Below are positions 8,222 through 17,156 of a stretch of DNA of 64,000 bases, piece by piece. The position numbers and the translations under genes were made by a program. Within the stretch, counting starts at the first letter, position 1. Each line of letters opens with the position of its first letter. This stretch comes from an uncultured Planctomycetia bacterium (GTDB lineage: Bacteria; Planctomycetota; GCA-002687715; DRQF01): positions 8,247-72,246 of the forward strand of contig CAZLGG010000006.1 in NCBI GenBank assembly GCA_964559135.1, given 5' to 3'. Under the pieces are notes generated by a model. It ran no database searches. It saw only the letters and a program-made list of their open reading frames with translations, and was not told where the DNA came from.

Positions 8222-9629
8222 AAAGTCAAAGACCACCAAAGCCTCGTGGTGGGAACGCCTCATGGAGACCTCGGAGGATGCGGAGGCGGGCTCCAACTTC
8301 CTCAAAAAGCTCCTTTGGGGAGGAGGCATTGTTTGCGTCCTCGTCGCGGGATGGCTGTTTTTTCAGAAAAGTTCCCACTCCAAGGAGGACGCCAACGCCC
8401 AGATCCTGGCTCACGCCTTGGCGCTTCTTCCCGACCAAGCTCCGCCCGGCTTCGAAGGGTATCTCCCTCACCACCGGTTTCCTCAGATCTCCCTGAGCCG
8501 CTACCACTACTTGGTCTCATCCATGCAGAACAGCCAGAGATCTCGTCTCTGGGGCGCCCTGTCTGATCAAGAAAATGCCAAGAAGTACGTCGACGACGTG
8601 GAGTCGGCCATTGAAGAGCTCAACGACAACACCTCCCGCTTCGAAGGGACGGACGACGAGTGGCTCTTCAAGAATGCTCTCCAGCAGCTCCACTGGTTCG
8701 CGGGCATCAATACGATCGAGACCGCGGGCCGTAAGTCACACTTACAGAGCCAGTTGGCGATTCTCGCGGACATGTTGCCCGCCTTCAAGGATCACATCGT
8801 CCTCGGCCTCCACCCCGACCCCGACAAGCCCGACAAGAACATCATGGAACTTTGGCAGGATGCCGCCAAAGCGGAATTGAAGTTCTTGGAGACCCACAAG
8901 GGTCCCCCGGCCCTGGAGCCGGACCCGGGCCTGAAGGTCACCCTGACACTGGAGAATGGCGGTCAAGTCGTTTTTGACCTCTACAGTCGCGTCGCCCCGA
9001 AGACCGTGGCGAACTTCGTCGCCAATATTCAAGGCGGCGTCTACGACGGCACGGCCGTCCACGGGGTCGACAAGGCCCGTGGCGCTCTGCTCATGGGCGA
9101 CCCGTTCACCCGGTTGGCCCCCGACCGTCCCTTCATCTGGGACAAGGCGGACTCCGGCTATGCGATCCCCGCCGAGCTGAACCCTCTGCTCAAGCCCAAG
9201 AAGGGACGCCTCTACATGGTGCGCAAGGGGGCGGCATCCCACCCCTTCCATTTCGGCGTCCTCACGAAGGATCCGGACAACCCAGCATTCTCCGAGACCG
9301 TATTCGGTCAAGTCACCGAAGGCCTCGACCTCCTCCTTCCCTGGCTCGACACCGAGGTTCACGACGAGGTCGGGCTGACCAACACCTTCCTCCCCCGGGT
9401 TCGTCTCGGGGTCAAGTCCGTGGTCGTGGAGGGCAAAATCGCCTACCCCGGCGACGACTCCTGGAAGCCTCACGTCAAGATCCCCGAAGTGCCCGAAGCG
9501 ACACCCGCGGAGGAGAAGTTCATGGAGGCCATCAAGCCCGCCGAGAACGCTCCGAAAGACGAAGGGGACGCCAAGAAAGAGGATTCCGCGGGCGACGGCG
9601 ACCAGCCGGCACCCAAGAAGGATGGGTGA
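8202..9629 (+). CDS. Membrane-anchored protein with C-terminal cyclophilin-like (PPIase) domain
   Basis: One N-terminal TM helix, helical middle region, then FDLYSRVAPKTVANF...YDGT, GDP, TVFGQVTEGLD. Confidence 0.75.
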   Translation: MTTKSPEKSKTTKASWWERLMETSEDAEAGSNFLKKLLWGGGIVCVLVAGWLFFQKSSHSKEDANAQILAHALALLPDQAPPGFEGYLPHHRFPQISLSRYHYLVSSMQNSQRSRLWGALSDQENAKKYVDDVESAIEELNDNTSRFEGTDDEWLFKNALQQLHWFAGINTIETAGRKSHLQSQLAILADMLPAFKDHIVLGLHPDPDKPDKNIMELWQDAAKAELKFLETHKGPPALEPDPGLKVTLTLENGGQVVFDLYSRVAPKTVANFVANIQGGVYDGTAVHGVDKARGALLMGDPFTRLAPDRPFIWDKADSGYAIPAELNPLLKPKKGRLYMVRKGAASHPFHFGVLTKDPDNPAFSETVFGQVTEGLDLLLPWLDTEVHDEVGLTNTFLPRVRLGVKSVVVEGKIAYPGDDSWKPHVKIPEVPEATPAEEKFMEAIKPAENAPKDEGDAKKEDSAGDGDQPAPKKDG

Positions 9630-9635
9630 AGAGTC

Positions 9636-9676
9636 GAGGATGAGAGGGGTCCACCCCCTCCCCTCTCACCCTCCTC
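9636..9676. terminator. Hairpin between convergent genes
   Basis: TGAGAGGGG (9641-9649) pairs with CCCCTCTCA (9660-9668), extended by GAGGA/TCCTC; no U-tract. Confidence 0.35.
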
Positions 9677-10604
9677 ACGCCTCTGCAGATCCTTCCTCCG
9701 CATAGCGGGACCGCACCTGCTCCGCTCCGGCTTCCACGACGTCCAGGACGTGCTGAAGGCCTCGGGGGTCGCTGATACGGAGGCTCACCTTCCCTCCCTT
9801 CTTGAGGAGGCTCACTCGCACCTCGACGCCGAGGGCCTCCCGAAGCCGCTCCTCGATCTCCACTTCCTGGGGATTCCGCGACCCGGAGCCGACACCGGAG
9901 GTTGGAATCGCACGGCCGCCGCGAACCCGTTCCGCCTGGAGCTCGCGCTCGAGATCGCGGACGGAGAGCCCTCTTTCCGTCACCTCTCGCGCCCAACGGC
10001 GTTGGCGGACGGGTTCGTCCAGACCAGCCAAGGCACGCGCATGCCCCATGGTGAGCCGCCCCGTTCTCAGTGCCTCCCGCACATCCTTCGGCAACTCGAG
10101 CAGCCGCAAGTAGTTGGCCACAGTGGAACGTTTTTGGCTGAGTCGCTTGGCCGCCTCTTCCTGGGTCAAGGCGAAGTCGTCCATGAGGCGACGGTACGCC
10201 TTGGCCCTTTCGATCGGATCCAGGTCGGCCCGCAGAATATTCTCGATGAGCGCCAGCTCCAGCATCTGCTGGTCCTCGGTCGCCCTCACCTGAGCCGGGA
10301 TCTCCGGGAGCCCCAGTTCCTGGCAGGCGCGCCACCGACGCTCGCCGGCGATCAACTCATAGCCGTCGGCGGTCTTGCGCACGGCGATGGGCTGGAGGAC
10401 ACCGTGCAGCCTCACACTCTCGATGAGGTCATTGAGTTCTTGGATATCGAACGTGCGCCGAGGTTGGTAGGGATTCGGACGGATCGCGTCCACAGGGATG
10501 GCCTGCACTCCCAAGGGCGGTGTCTGCGCGGGAGCCGCCGAGGGCGTGGGCGTCGAGCGTCGAATCAAGAAATCCAACCCCTTACCGAGTTTTCTGTCTG
10601 TCAT
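9675..10604 (-). CDS. parB: Chromosome partitioning protein ParB/Spo0J
   Basis: LGKGLDFL, NPYQPRRTF, GVLQPIAV, LIAGERRWRA, ENILRADL and HTH region. Confidence 0.95.
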   Translation of the reverse strand: MTDRKLGKGLDFLIRRSTPTPSAAPAQTPPLGVQAIPVDAIRPNPYQPRRTFDIQELNDLIESVRLHGVLQPIAVRKTADGYELIAGERRWRACQELGLPEIPAQVRATEDQQMLELALIENILRADLDPIERAKAYRRLMDDFALTQEEAAKRLSQKRSTVANYLRLLELPKDVREALRTGRLTMGHARALAGLDEPVRQRRWAREVTERGLSVRDLERELQAERVRGGRAIPTSGVGSGSRNPQEVEIEERLREALGVEVRVSLLKKGGKVSLRISDPRGLQHVLDVVEAGAEQVRSRYAEEGSAEA

Positions 10605-11322
10605 GCCGGGTGATCTCCTTGACGAGTTGAGCGTAGGCCCGAGCAGCCCTCCCCTCAATCGCTTCCGAAAAAACTGTCTGTCCGCGGGACCGTGCGGCCG
10701 TCACGTCGGGGTCCTCAGGAATGATGGTGGCACAGACCGTGACGCCTTTCGTCGCTCCACGGCTCCGAAGCCACTCCAAATCCTGCGTCTCCCGAGACCG
10801 GGTCGGGAGAAGCCAAAGATCCACGATCTCCGCCAAGTCCTGCAAAGGGCCCAGCTTCGGAACGTCCCAAGGAGCCCGTGAAGCGGAAAATGGACAGAGG
10901 ATCAAATCCGCCGCCGCGCAGGCGGTCCGTGTCAACCATCCCATGGATGGAGGACAATCCAGAAGAATCCATGGATACGTAGGAGTCAAGTCCTGAATGA
11001 TGGCCTTGAGAGCCCGGCCCCTTGGGCGCTCGAGGCGTGCTTCGTCCAAGGTCACATCACCCGGTATCAAATCCAGTCCAGGCTGGACCGAGCGCACGAG
11101 GAGGCCGACTCGCTCGGGAGCCTCTTCCCCTTTCAGAAGGCGTTCGAGAATCCCGGACCGACTCCGGGGGATCCCCAAGACTTGAGCCGCGTCCCCCTGG
11201 GGGTCCAAGTCCAGAATCAGGGTACTTTGTCCGGAGATGCGGAGGGCCTCGGCAACATGCAGCACCGTGGTTGTCGTCCCCAGACCCAGGGTTCCACCCG
11301 CCACTGCAACGACTCGAGACAT
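10582..11322 (-). CDS. parA: ParA/Soj-family protein with degenerate Walker A
   Basis: DLDPQG, LLDCPPSMG, AADLILCP and AYAQLVKEI retained; Walker A reads GGTLGLGTT instead of NQKGGVGKT; directly upstream of parB. Confidence 0.8.
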   Translation of the reverse strand: MSRVVAVAGGTLGLGTTTTVLHVAEALRISGQSTLILDLDPQGDAAQVLGIPRSRSGILERLLKGEEAPERVGLLVRSVQPGLDLIPGDVTLDEARLERPRGRALKAIIQDLTPTYPWILLDCPPSMGWLTRTACAAADLILCPFSASRAPWDVPKLGPLQDLAEIVDLWLLPTRSRETQDLEWLRSRGATKGVTVCATIIPEDPDVTAARSRGQTVFSEAIEGRAARAYAQLVKEITRHDRQKTR

Positions 11323-11337
11323 GGATCGACGTTCCTT

Positions 11338-11353
11338 TGTTCCACGTGGAACA
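11338..11353. promoter_or_regulatory. parS site
   Basis: Perfect 16-bp palindrome TGTTCCACGTGGAACA matching the established parS consensus, 15 nt upstream of the parA start. Confidence 0.9.
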
Positions 11354-11400
11354 TCGGGTTTCCTGGTGAAACACCGCCTGCCCCCATAGACTTTTGCACT

Positions 11401-12153
11401 ATGTGGGGGACCCTCGTCAAGTCCAGCGCCAAAGAAAGCTTGCGACAGGTGGGCCCATGGGTCCTCCTGGGTGGGGTCACGGTGACAAGTGGAGCCGTCG
11501 GACTTCTCCCTGTGCGGTTTGGTGACCCAGTGACCCGCCACGCCTCCGATCTCATCGCCCTCCAACGCTTCCTGGGCCTTCTCTTTGCCGCCATCTCAGC
11601 CATCCCATCCCTGGCTCCGTCCCGGTTCTGCTTCGGTGCCGCACGCTGGGGACCACCCCCTTGGGGGCCCCACCTCGCGAGCCAAAGCCTCTTCCTCGGG
11701 CAGGCCGCCGCCCTGGCCCTCTTTTTCCTGCTCTGCACCGTCGCTCAACTCGGGATCCTCTTTTTCACCGAGGGTCACGCCCCTCCGGTCTCTTGGGGTG
11801 CGGCGCTGGTCTCGACTTGGATCTATGGATGGGGTTGCCTCGCTCTGGCTCGGGCCCTCGGCTCCTGGCTTCAGATGCGCCAGGCCCTGGGTGCCTTCCT
11901 CGTTCTGACCCTTCTCTTGCCCATGGTCTTCGGGGGTGGGGGAGAGGCGGCGGCCTTCTTCGTTGGCCTTTTCCCCGGCCCTTCCTGGCTGGAGAGCGCC
12001 CCCATCGGAGCCACCCAGGGTACCCAGGATACACTCCTCGAAACGGGGGCCGCCGCACTTTTCATCATCTCTTGCAACCTCTTGGCGGCCCGAGGGTTAG
12101 CGCATATGCGCCTGGGGGTACGGGGTCTTGATCAGCGCAATTCGAAAGCGTAA
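11401..12153 (+). CDS. Integral membrane protein (ABC-2 permease-like)
   Basis: About 6 hydrophobic segments; start uncertain (TAGACT 8 nt before ATG 11401). Confidence 0.5.
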   Translation: MWGTLVKSSAKESLRQVGPWVLLGGVTVTSGAVGLLPVRFGDPVTRHASDLIALQRFLGLLFAAISAIPSLAPSRFCFGAARWGPPPWGPHLASQSLFLGQAAALALFFLLCTVAQLGILFFTEGHAPPVSWGAALVSTWIYGWGCLALARALGSWLQMRQALGAFLVLTLLLPMVFGGGGEAAAFFVGLFPGPSWLESAPIGATQGTQDTLLETGAAALFIISCNLLAARGLAHMRLGVRGLDQRNSKA

Positions 12154-12195
12154 GATTGCCTTTGGTGCGCGGACAGGCAAGGAGGCCCCCTTGCC

Positions 12196-12942
12196 ATGTC
12201 GCATCGGAGATATTTCTTGCGCTACGGCATTCTCGGCGACATCCACGGGAACATGGAAGCTCTGGATGCGGTCCTCCAACTTCTCGAAGGTGAGAACGTG
12301 GACCACTACGTCAGCGTGGGTGATATCGTCGGTTACGGTGCCGATCCCGGGCCCTGCTTGGACCGGATCCGGGAGCTGGGGGCCACGGTCGTGGCCGGCA
12401 ACCACGACTGGGCGGTGGTGGGTCGCCTCGACTGCACCTTTTTCAATGCTTACGCCAAGGCCGCCGTCCAATGGACAGCTCAGACCCTGACCTCCGAACA
12501 GATGTCATGGCTCGAAAACCTCCCCCTCACGGCCAAACTGGGAGAGGACCTGGAGGTCGCCCACGCCACCCTCGAAAACCCGGAACGGTTCGACTACATC
12601 CAAACCTACTATGATGCCGCACGCTCCATCAACGCGATGACGACACCCACCTGCTTCCTGGGACACTCCCACGTCCCCTTGGCTTTTCTCATGCGAGATC
12701 AGATGGAACTCTCCGTCGATGCCCTGCTCGATTTGGAAGGGGTGGGGCGGGCTCTCATCAACGTCGGGAGCATCGGCCAACCGCGCGACGAGAATCCAAA
12801 AGCCGCCTGCGCCGTCTTTGATGCCGCAACCCGACGTTACGAGCTTCGTCGCGTCAGCTACGACATCGATCGCACCTGTGAAAAGATTCGCGAGGTGGGC
12901 CTTCCCCAGATTCTCGCTGACCGGCTCCGCTTCGGACGGTAG
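12196..12942 (+). CDS. Metallophosphoesterase (calcineurin-like)
   Basis: GDIHGN, VGDIVGYG, AGNHD, AHA and GHSH motifs all intact. Confidence 0.92.
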   Translation: MSHRRYFLRYGILGDIHGNMEALDAVLQLLEGENVDHYVSVGDIVGYGADPGPCLDRIRELGATVVAGNHDWAVVGRLDCTFFNAYAKAAVQWTAQTLTSEQMSWLENLPLTAKLGEDLEVAHATLENPERFDYIQTYYDAARSINAMTTPTCFLGHSHVPLAFLMRDQMELSVDALLDLEGVGRALINVGSIGQPRDENPKAACAVFDAATRRYELRRVSYDIDRTCEKIREVGLPQILADRLRFGR

Positions 12943-12973
12943 AACGCCGAACAGGTTCGGTCAGACGCCGGAC

Positions 12974-13447
12974 TCACGCGTCTTGAAGCAAGATGATTTC
13001 CGAGCGCAAGGATGCTCCGTCGATCTCCACGATTCCCACACTGGGGGAGGGGTGAGTCACCGACGCGGAACCGGGGCCAAACCAAAGACGGTCATCGACC
13101 GTTGCGGAGAAAGCTTCCGCCGGGTGGCCGAAGAGGACGACCTTCGGCTCCCTGTCCTCCACCAACTCCTGAATGATGGGGTGAGGCGCGTTCGGGTCGC
13201 CTACGTCATGGACCGCCATGACGAGGATGCCTCCCATTTCCTTGGCGAAAACAGCCTCGAAGGGGAAATCTTCCGGGGCGTCCCCCACGCCGAGGACCCC
13301 TGAAATCGGCGAGATGTTGGAGAGATCATTCAAGACCTGAGGGGACCCGATTCGGCCGCAATGGACGATGAAATCCATCCCGTCGAAGAGGTCCTGAACT
13401 CCGGGGTGAATCCCACCGGACGTGTCCGCGAGTACTCCGATCCACAT
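12974..13447 (-). CDS. YfcE-like metallophosphoesterase homolog with degenerate metal ligands
   Basis: IGVLADTS, IVHCGRIG, GVLGVGD, AVHD, VLFGHPA and GPGSAS align with the YfcE pattern, but several ligands are changed. Confidence 0.7.
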   Translation of the reverse strand: MWIGVLADTSGGIHPGVQDLFDGMDFIVHCGRIGSPQVLNDLSNISPISGVLGVGDAPEDFPFEAVFAKEMGGILVMAVHDVGDPNAPHPIIQELVEDREPKVVLFGHPAEAFSATVDDRLWFGPGSASVTHPSPSVGIVEIDGASLRSEIILLQDA

Positions 13448-13557
13448 AGTTTCCGATGCGTCCGCTGCCCTTCGTGCCTGTCCGAGTGAGGCTAACAAGG
13501 GGGGCCCGCAGCCCAAGAGAATCAGGGAAGCCAGCGGGTGTTCCAGGGACAGGAAGA

Positions 13558-14904
13558 TCAGGCCTGTCTCAGATAGGAGAGCTCTTCAGGAAGCCCCTCC
13601 AGGCCATCTTCGCCGAGCCGATGCTGGAAGAGAAGCTGAATGTGTTGAATGGGCTGGCGATCACCCCGAAACAAGACTTTCCGGTCGTCAAGATGGCTTC
13701 CCGCCAAGAGAATCACCTTCATCAACGACCCCGCATAGCAGGTGTCCGAACCCATCGTCATATCCACGGGCGTCCCGTGGTGGGCCACGATCTTGGCGAT
13801 CATGGATGCCGGGCGGGCGTGCAGCACGCAACCTTCCGGGAGCTCCAGCTCGACGGTTTCCGACGTCGTGTAGTCTCTTATCAATTCCTGAGCGAGCGGA
13901 CGGGTGCCCTGAAGAATCGCATGGGTGTAGAACAAGGCCACGTTGATGAGCCAATCCAAGACGCGGTCCGGTTGAACGATGGAACGCACCTTCTTGATGC
14001 CCGGGTCGTTGCGACCGTCCTCTGAGAAATGGTCGAGCAGCTGGATGAACAGGGTCACGAGGCGGCTGAAGAGGACCGTCATGCCCACCGCATGTCGAAA
14101 ATCGGCAACACGCGGATCCTTGTTTTCCACGGAACTGTTGCGAACGAAGGTGTCATAAAGGCTCTGGATGTTCTCGAGTTTCGCGCCCAGAAACCTGGCC
14201 TGCTGTTCTTGGCACACCCTCTCGTAGATTTCCCAGCGCTCCCGAGCTCCTTCGACCCGTCGGCCGCGGAATCTCTCCTCGAAGGTCTTCAGGGCCGAGA
14301 CGAGCTGGCTGGCCATCGATGCGACTTGGCCCTCGACATCACCGGCCTCCTCGCCCGTGGCGGTATGGGGCAGCTTTTTGCGATGCAGACTATCCTGGAG
14401 AATGAAGGAACGGGCCGGCTCACTGGTTGCCAAGGAGCCCCCGCAGATCCGAATCGACTCTTCCCTTACAGCCTGAAGCAGTCGGCGCTCGGCGACATCG
14501 ACATCCTCGAGGATCTTTCGAACCTCCTGTTCCGCGGCGGCAGCCAAATCCCCGTGACCGGGGACCCAACCCCGGGCAGAGCGGATTTGGAGGGTTTTCA
14601 GAACATGGCCGGCAGCGCTCAGGAGTTTCAGACCGGTGACCAACTCCAAAAGGACCGCAAACGTTCGGTTGTAGTGGGCATCGTAGTCCTCGAGGAGTTC
14701 GGCGGTATCGGCGGCCTCTTCGTGGAGGGTCGCATGGAATCGGCGACTGAGCCTGGCCCCGGGATGGCGGTCGACCAGGTTCGCAAGATGGACGAGACCC
14801 GTCATCTGTTCCGACAGAATCCCCTGGAATTCCTCCTCGGAGCAGACTGTGTCCGATTCCTCCGCCTCGGGGGGCAGTTTCCCTGTCTCTTCGTCGCTGA
14901 TCAC
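13558..14904 (-). CDS. Long HPr-family protein (about 340-aa N-terminal helical domain plus HPr)
   Basis: C-terminal LHARPASMI (His15) and AGSLMKVILL (Ser46 region). Confidence 0.8.
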   Translation of the reverse strand: MISDEETGKLPPEAEESDTVCSEEEFQGILSEQMTGLVHLANLVDRHPGARLSRRFHATLHEEAADTAELLEDYDAHYNRTFAVLLELVTGLKLLSAAGHVLKTLQIRSARGWVPGHGDLAAAAEQEVRKILEDVDVAERRLLQAVREESIRICGGSLATSEPARSFILQDSLHRKKLPHTATGEEAGDVEGQVASMASQLVSALKTFEERFRGRRVEGARERWEIYERVCQEQQARFLGAKLENIQSLYDTFVRNSSVENKDPRVADFRHAVGMTVLFSRLVTLFIQLLDHFSEDGRNDPGIKKVRSIVQPDRVLDWLINVALFYTHAILQGTRPLAQELIRDYTTSETVELELPEGCVLHARPASMIAKIVAHHGTPVDMTMGSDTCYAGSLMKVILLAGSHLDDRKVLFRGDRQPIQHIQLLFQHRLGEDGLEGLPEELSYLRQA

Positions 14905-15037
14905 GGTCCTTCAGCCTAACGGCGGGGCGAATTCTTTCAATCCGTGAGGACGCATGGACTTGCATCGACCCTACGCTTGTTCCCGACCGCAGGGCACGAT
15001 AGCGTCCCCGCGGTGAGCCAGGATTCCCCTGATATTC

Positions 15038-16321
15038 ATGAAATTTCCCTCGACAATGGCTCGGAGCGGGGTGGAACTCACTCTCGACCTGATCTCCGCG
15101 TGGGCCGTTCTTACGGCCTTCGGAATCCCACGGGTCTGGCTGTTGATGGCGCTCTTCACCGCCGTTGCCGTCCTGCTCGGCCTCTACGGCCCCGATCGGC
15201 CCCGGGCGCCCGGCGTTCGTTTCCTGGCCCTTGTCTTTTCGACGGGAGCGGCCTGCGTCGGCCTGGGGTGGGCCGGTTCATCCCCCTGGCGTCCGTGGAT
15301 CGCGTGGATGGCCACGACCTCGTTGGTCCGGAGCCTTCTGAGGTGGATCGCCACCCAGACGGCCCCGCCGGCTCTCATCGTGGGGACCGGACCGGACTCA
15401 CGACGACTTGCCCGTGATCTCCGCCGCATGGCGTGGCCGGTTTTCCGGGTCCTAGGCTTTTGGGAGCCCTCCGGGCCCACGGGACGTCTCGACACTCGCC
15501 CGATCCTCACCGACTCCAACCCTCCCTCCGACGACGTCGTTTTCCTGGACCCCAGCCACCGCCGCCGTCCTCTCCCGCAACACGCCCGCGTACTGCGCCC
15601 GCGACGACGCTTCCTCGAGAAGGGTGGAACCTGGGTTTGGGAGGGACAGGGGAACGGCGGCGAAGACTTTCACCTGACCCCCGAAGGGCCCGCCGAAGGT
15701 CTGAGTGGAGCGGTGAAGCGTGTGTTGGACACGCTGATCGTCCTCGCGGCCCTCCCCGCGGCCCTGGTCGTCATCCTGATCGCCGCGTTGGTCCTCTGGG
15801 CCCGCGAGGGCTCTCCGATCTTCTACAGGCAGGTCCGATGGACCTATCGTCGTCAACCTTTTTCGATATGGAAACTGCGAAGCATGCCCACCAACGCCGA
15901 GGGGCGCGGTCAGCCGGTCTGGCCGTCGGCGGATGACCCGCGGATTTCCCCATTTGGCGCCCTTCTCCGCCGCCTTTGGCTCGACGAACTCCCCCAGCTC
16001 TGGAACGTCCTCAAGGGCGAATTGAGCCTGGTCGGCCCACGTCCCGAGCGACCGGCCTTCGCTCAAGTATTTCTCGATGGATTGCCGATGTATCACATGC
16101 GATATGCCGTCCGAGCCGGGATCACCGGTTGGGCCCAGATCCAAGGTTACGTGGGCAATACGTCCTTGAGAAAGCGGCTTTTCTGCGATCTGCAATACAT
16201 CGATCGCTGGAGCCCCGGTTTCGACCTCGCGATCTTGGCTCGCACCTTGTGCCAAATGGTGCGGCGGCCCCGACGCCGACGATTCGATTACGTCCCCGAA
16301 CGAGGTACTCCCATTCCTTGA
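15038..16321 (+). CDS. Polyprenyl glycosylphosphotransferase (WcaJ/WbaP-like sugar transferase)
   Basis: N-terminal TMs, LIVGTG, KRVLD, GSPIFYRQ, WKLRSM, DDPRI, LDELPQLWNVLKGELSLVGPRPE. Confidence 0.9.
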   Translation: MKFPSTMARSGVELTLDLISAWAVLTAFGIPRVWLLMALFTAVAVLLGLYGPDRPRAPGVRFLALVFSTGAACVGLGWAGSSPWRPWIAWMATTSLVRSLLRWIATQTAPPALIVGTGPDSRRLARDLRRMAWPVFRVLGFWEPSGPTGRLDTRPILTDSNPPSDDVVFLDPSHRRRPLPQHARVLRPRRRFLEKGGTWVWEGQGNGGEDFHLTPEGPAEGLSGAVKRVLDTLIVLAALPAALVVILIAALVLWAREGSPIFYRQVRWTYRRQPFSIWKLRSMPTNAEGRGQPVWPSADDPRISPFGALLRRLWLDELPQLWNVLKGELSLVGPRPERPAFAQVFLDGLPMYHMRYAVRAGITGWAQIQGYVGNTSLRKRLFCDLQYIDRWSPGFDLAILARTLCQMVRRPRRRRFDYVPERGTPIP

Positions 16322-16340
16322 CTTCGGGCCGTTCAAGGAG

Positions 16341-17156
16341 GTGGGTCCCATCACTGTCCGCGCATCCCTCGACACCTATCTCTCCGAGATCAACGGCATC
16401 CCCCTGTTGACGGCCGATGAGGAAGAAGCTTTGGGCCACCGGCTTCGCCGCGGCGACTTCGAAGCCCGCGAAGCCATGATCCAAGCCAACCTGCGCTTGG
16501 TCGTTTCCATCGCCAAGCGCTACGCTCAACGGGGACTCCCCCTCATGGACCTGGTCGAGGAAGGCAATCTCGGACTCCTCAAGGCGGTCGAGAAGTTCGA
16601 CCCCGAAGAGGGGTGCCGATTCAGCACCTATGCGACCTGGTGGATCAAGCAGAGCATCCGACGAGCGCTCTCCAATCAATCCAAGACGATCCGCATTCCC
16701 TCATACATGCTGGAACTCATGTCGCGGGTCAAGACCGTGTCCCTCGAACTCTGCCACAGCCTCGAGCGCCAGCCGGATCTCGACGAAGTCGCCGAAGCCT
16801 TGGCCCTCGAACCCTCGGAACTCAAATCCATGCGACGTGCCGTCGCCACCAGCCAAGCCTTGGACCAAGTGGTCTCTCTCAACGCGGCAGCCCCCACATC
16901 AGAGTTGGTGCGAGACGAAGAAAGCCCTTCTCCCGAAAACCAAGCCCTTCACAACCACGAGATCGAGCAACTCCACGAGATTCTCGAATCCATGGATGAA
17001 GACGAACGGACAATCCTGAAGTTGCGCTACGGCTTCCATGGGGAAGAGCCCATGACCCTCAAAGCCATCGGTAAGGTCGTCGGCATGACGCGGGAGCGGG
17101 TTCGCCTCATCGAGTTGCGGTGCCTCAGAAAGCTTCAGGCCATCCTCGAATCCTGA
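16341..17156 (+). CDS. Sigma-70 family RNA polymerase sigma factor (RpoD/RpoS-like, no region 1.1)
   Basis: YLSEI..PLLT, NLRLVVSIAKRY, DLVEEGNLGL, RFSTYATWWIKQSI, TLKAIG...TRERVRLIE. Confidence 0.95.
   Translation: MGPITVRASLDTYLSEINGIPLLTADEEEALGHRLRRGDFEAREAMIQANLRLVVSIAKRYAQRGLPLMDLVEEGNLGLLKAVEKFDPEEGCRFSTYATWWIKQSIRRALSNQSKTIRIPSYMLELMSRVKTVSLELCHSLERQPDLDEVAEALALEPSELKSMRRAVATSQALDQVVSLNAAAPTSELVRDEESPSPENQALHNHEIEQLHEILESMDEDERTILKLRYGFHGEEPMTLKAIGKVVGMTRERVRLIELRCLRKLQAILES

Noticed and set aside
11358-11372. GTTTCCTGGTGAAAC next to parS as a second parS
   Set aside because: It has a 5-nt centre instead of ACGT and is not palindromic in the core.
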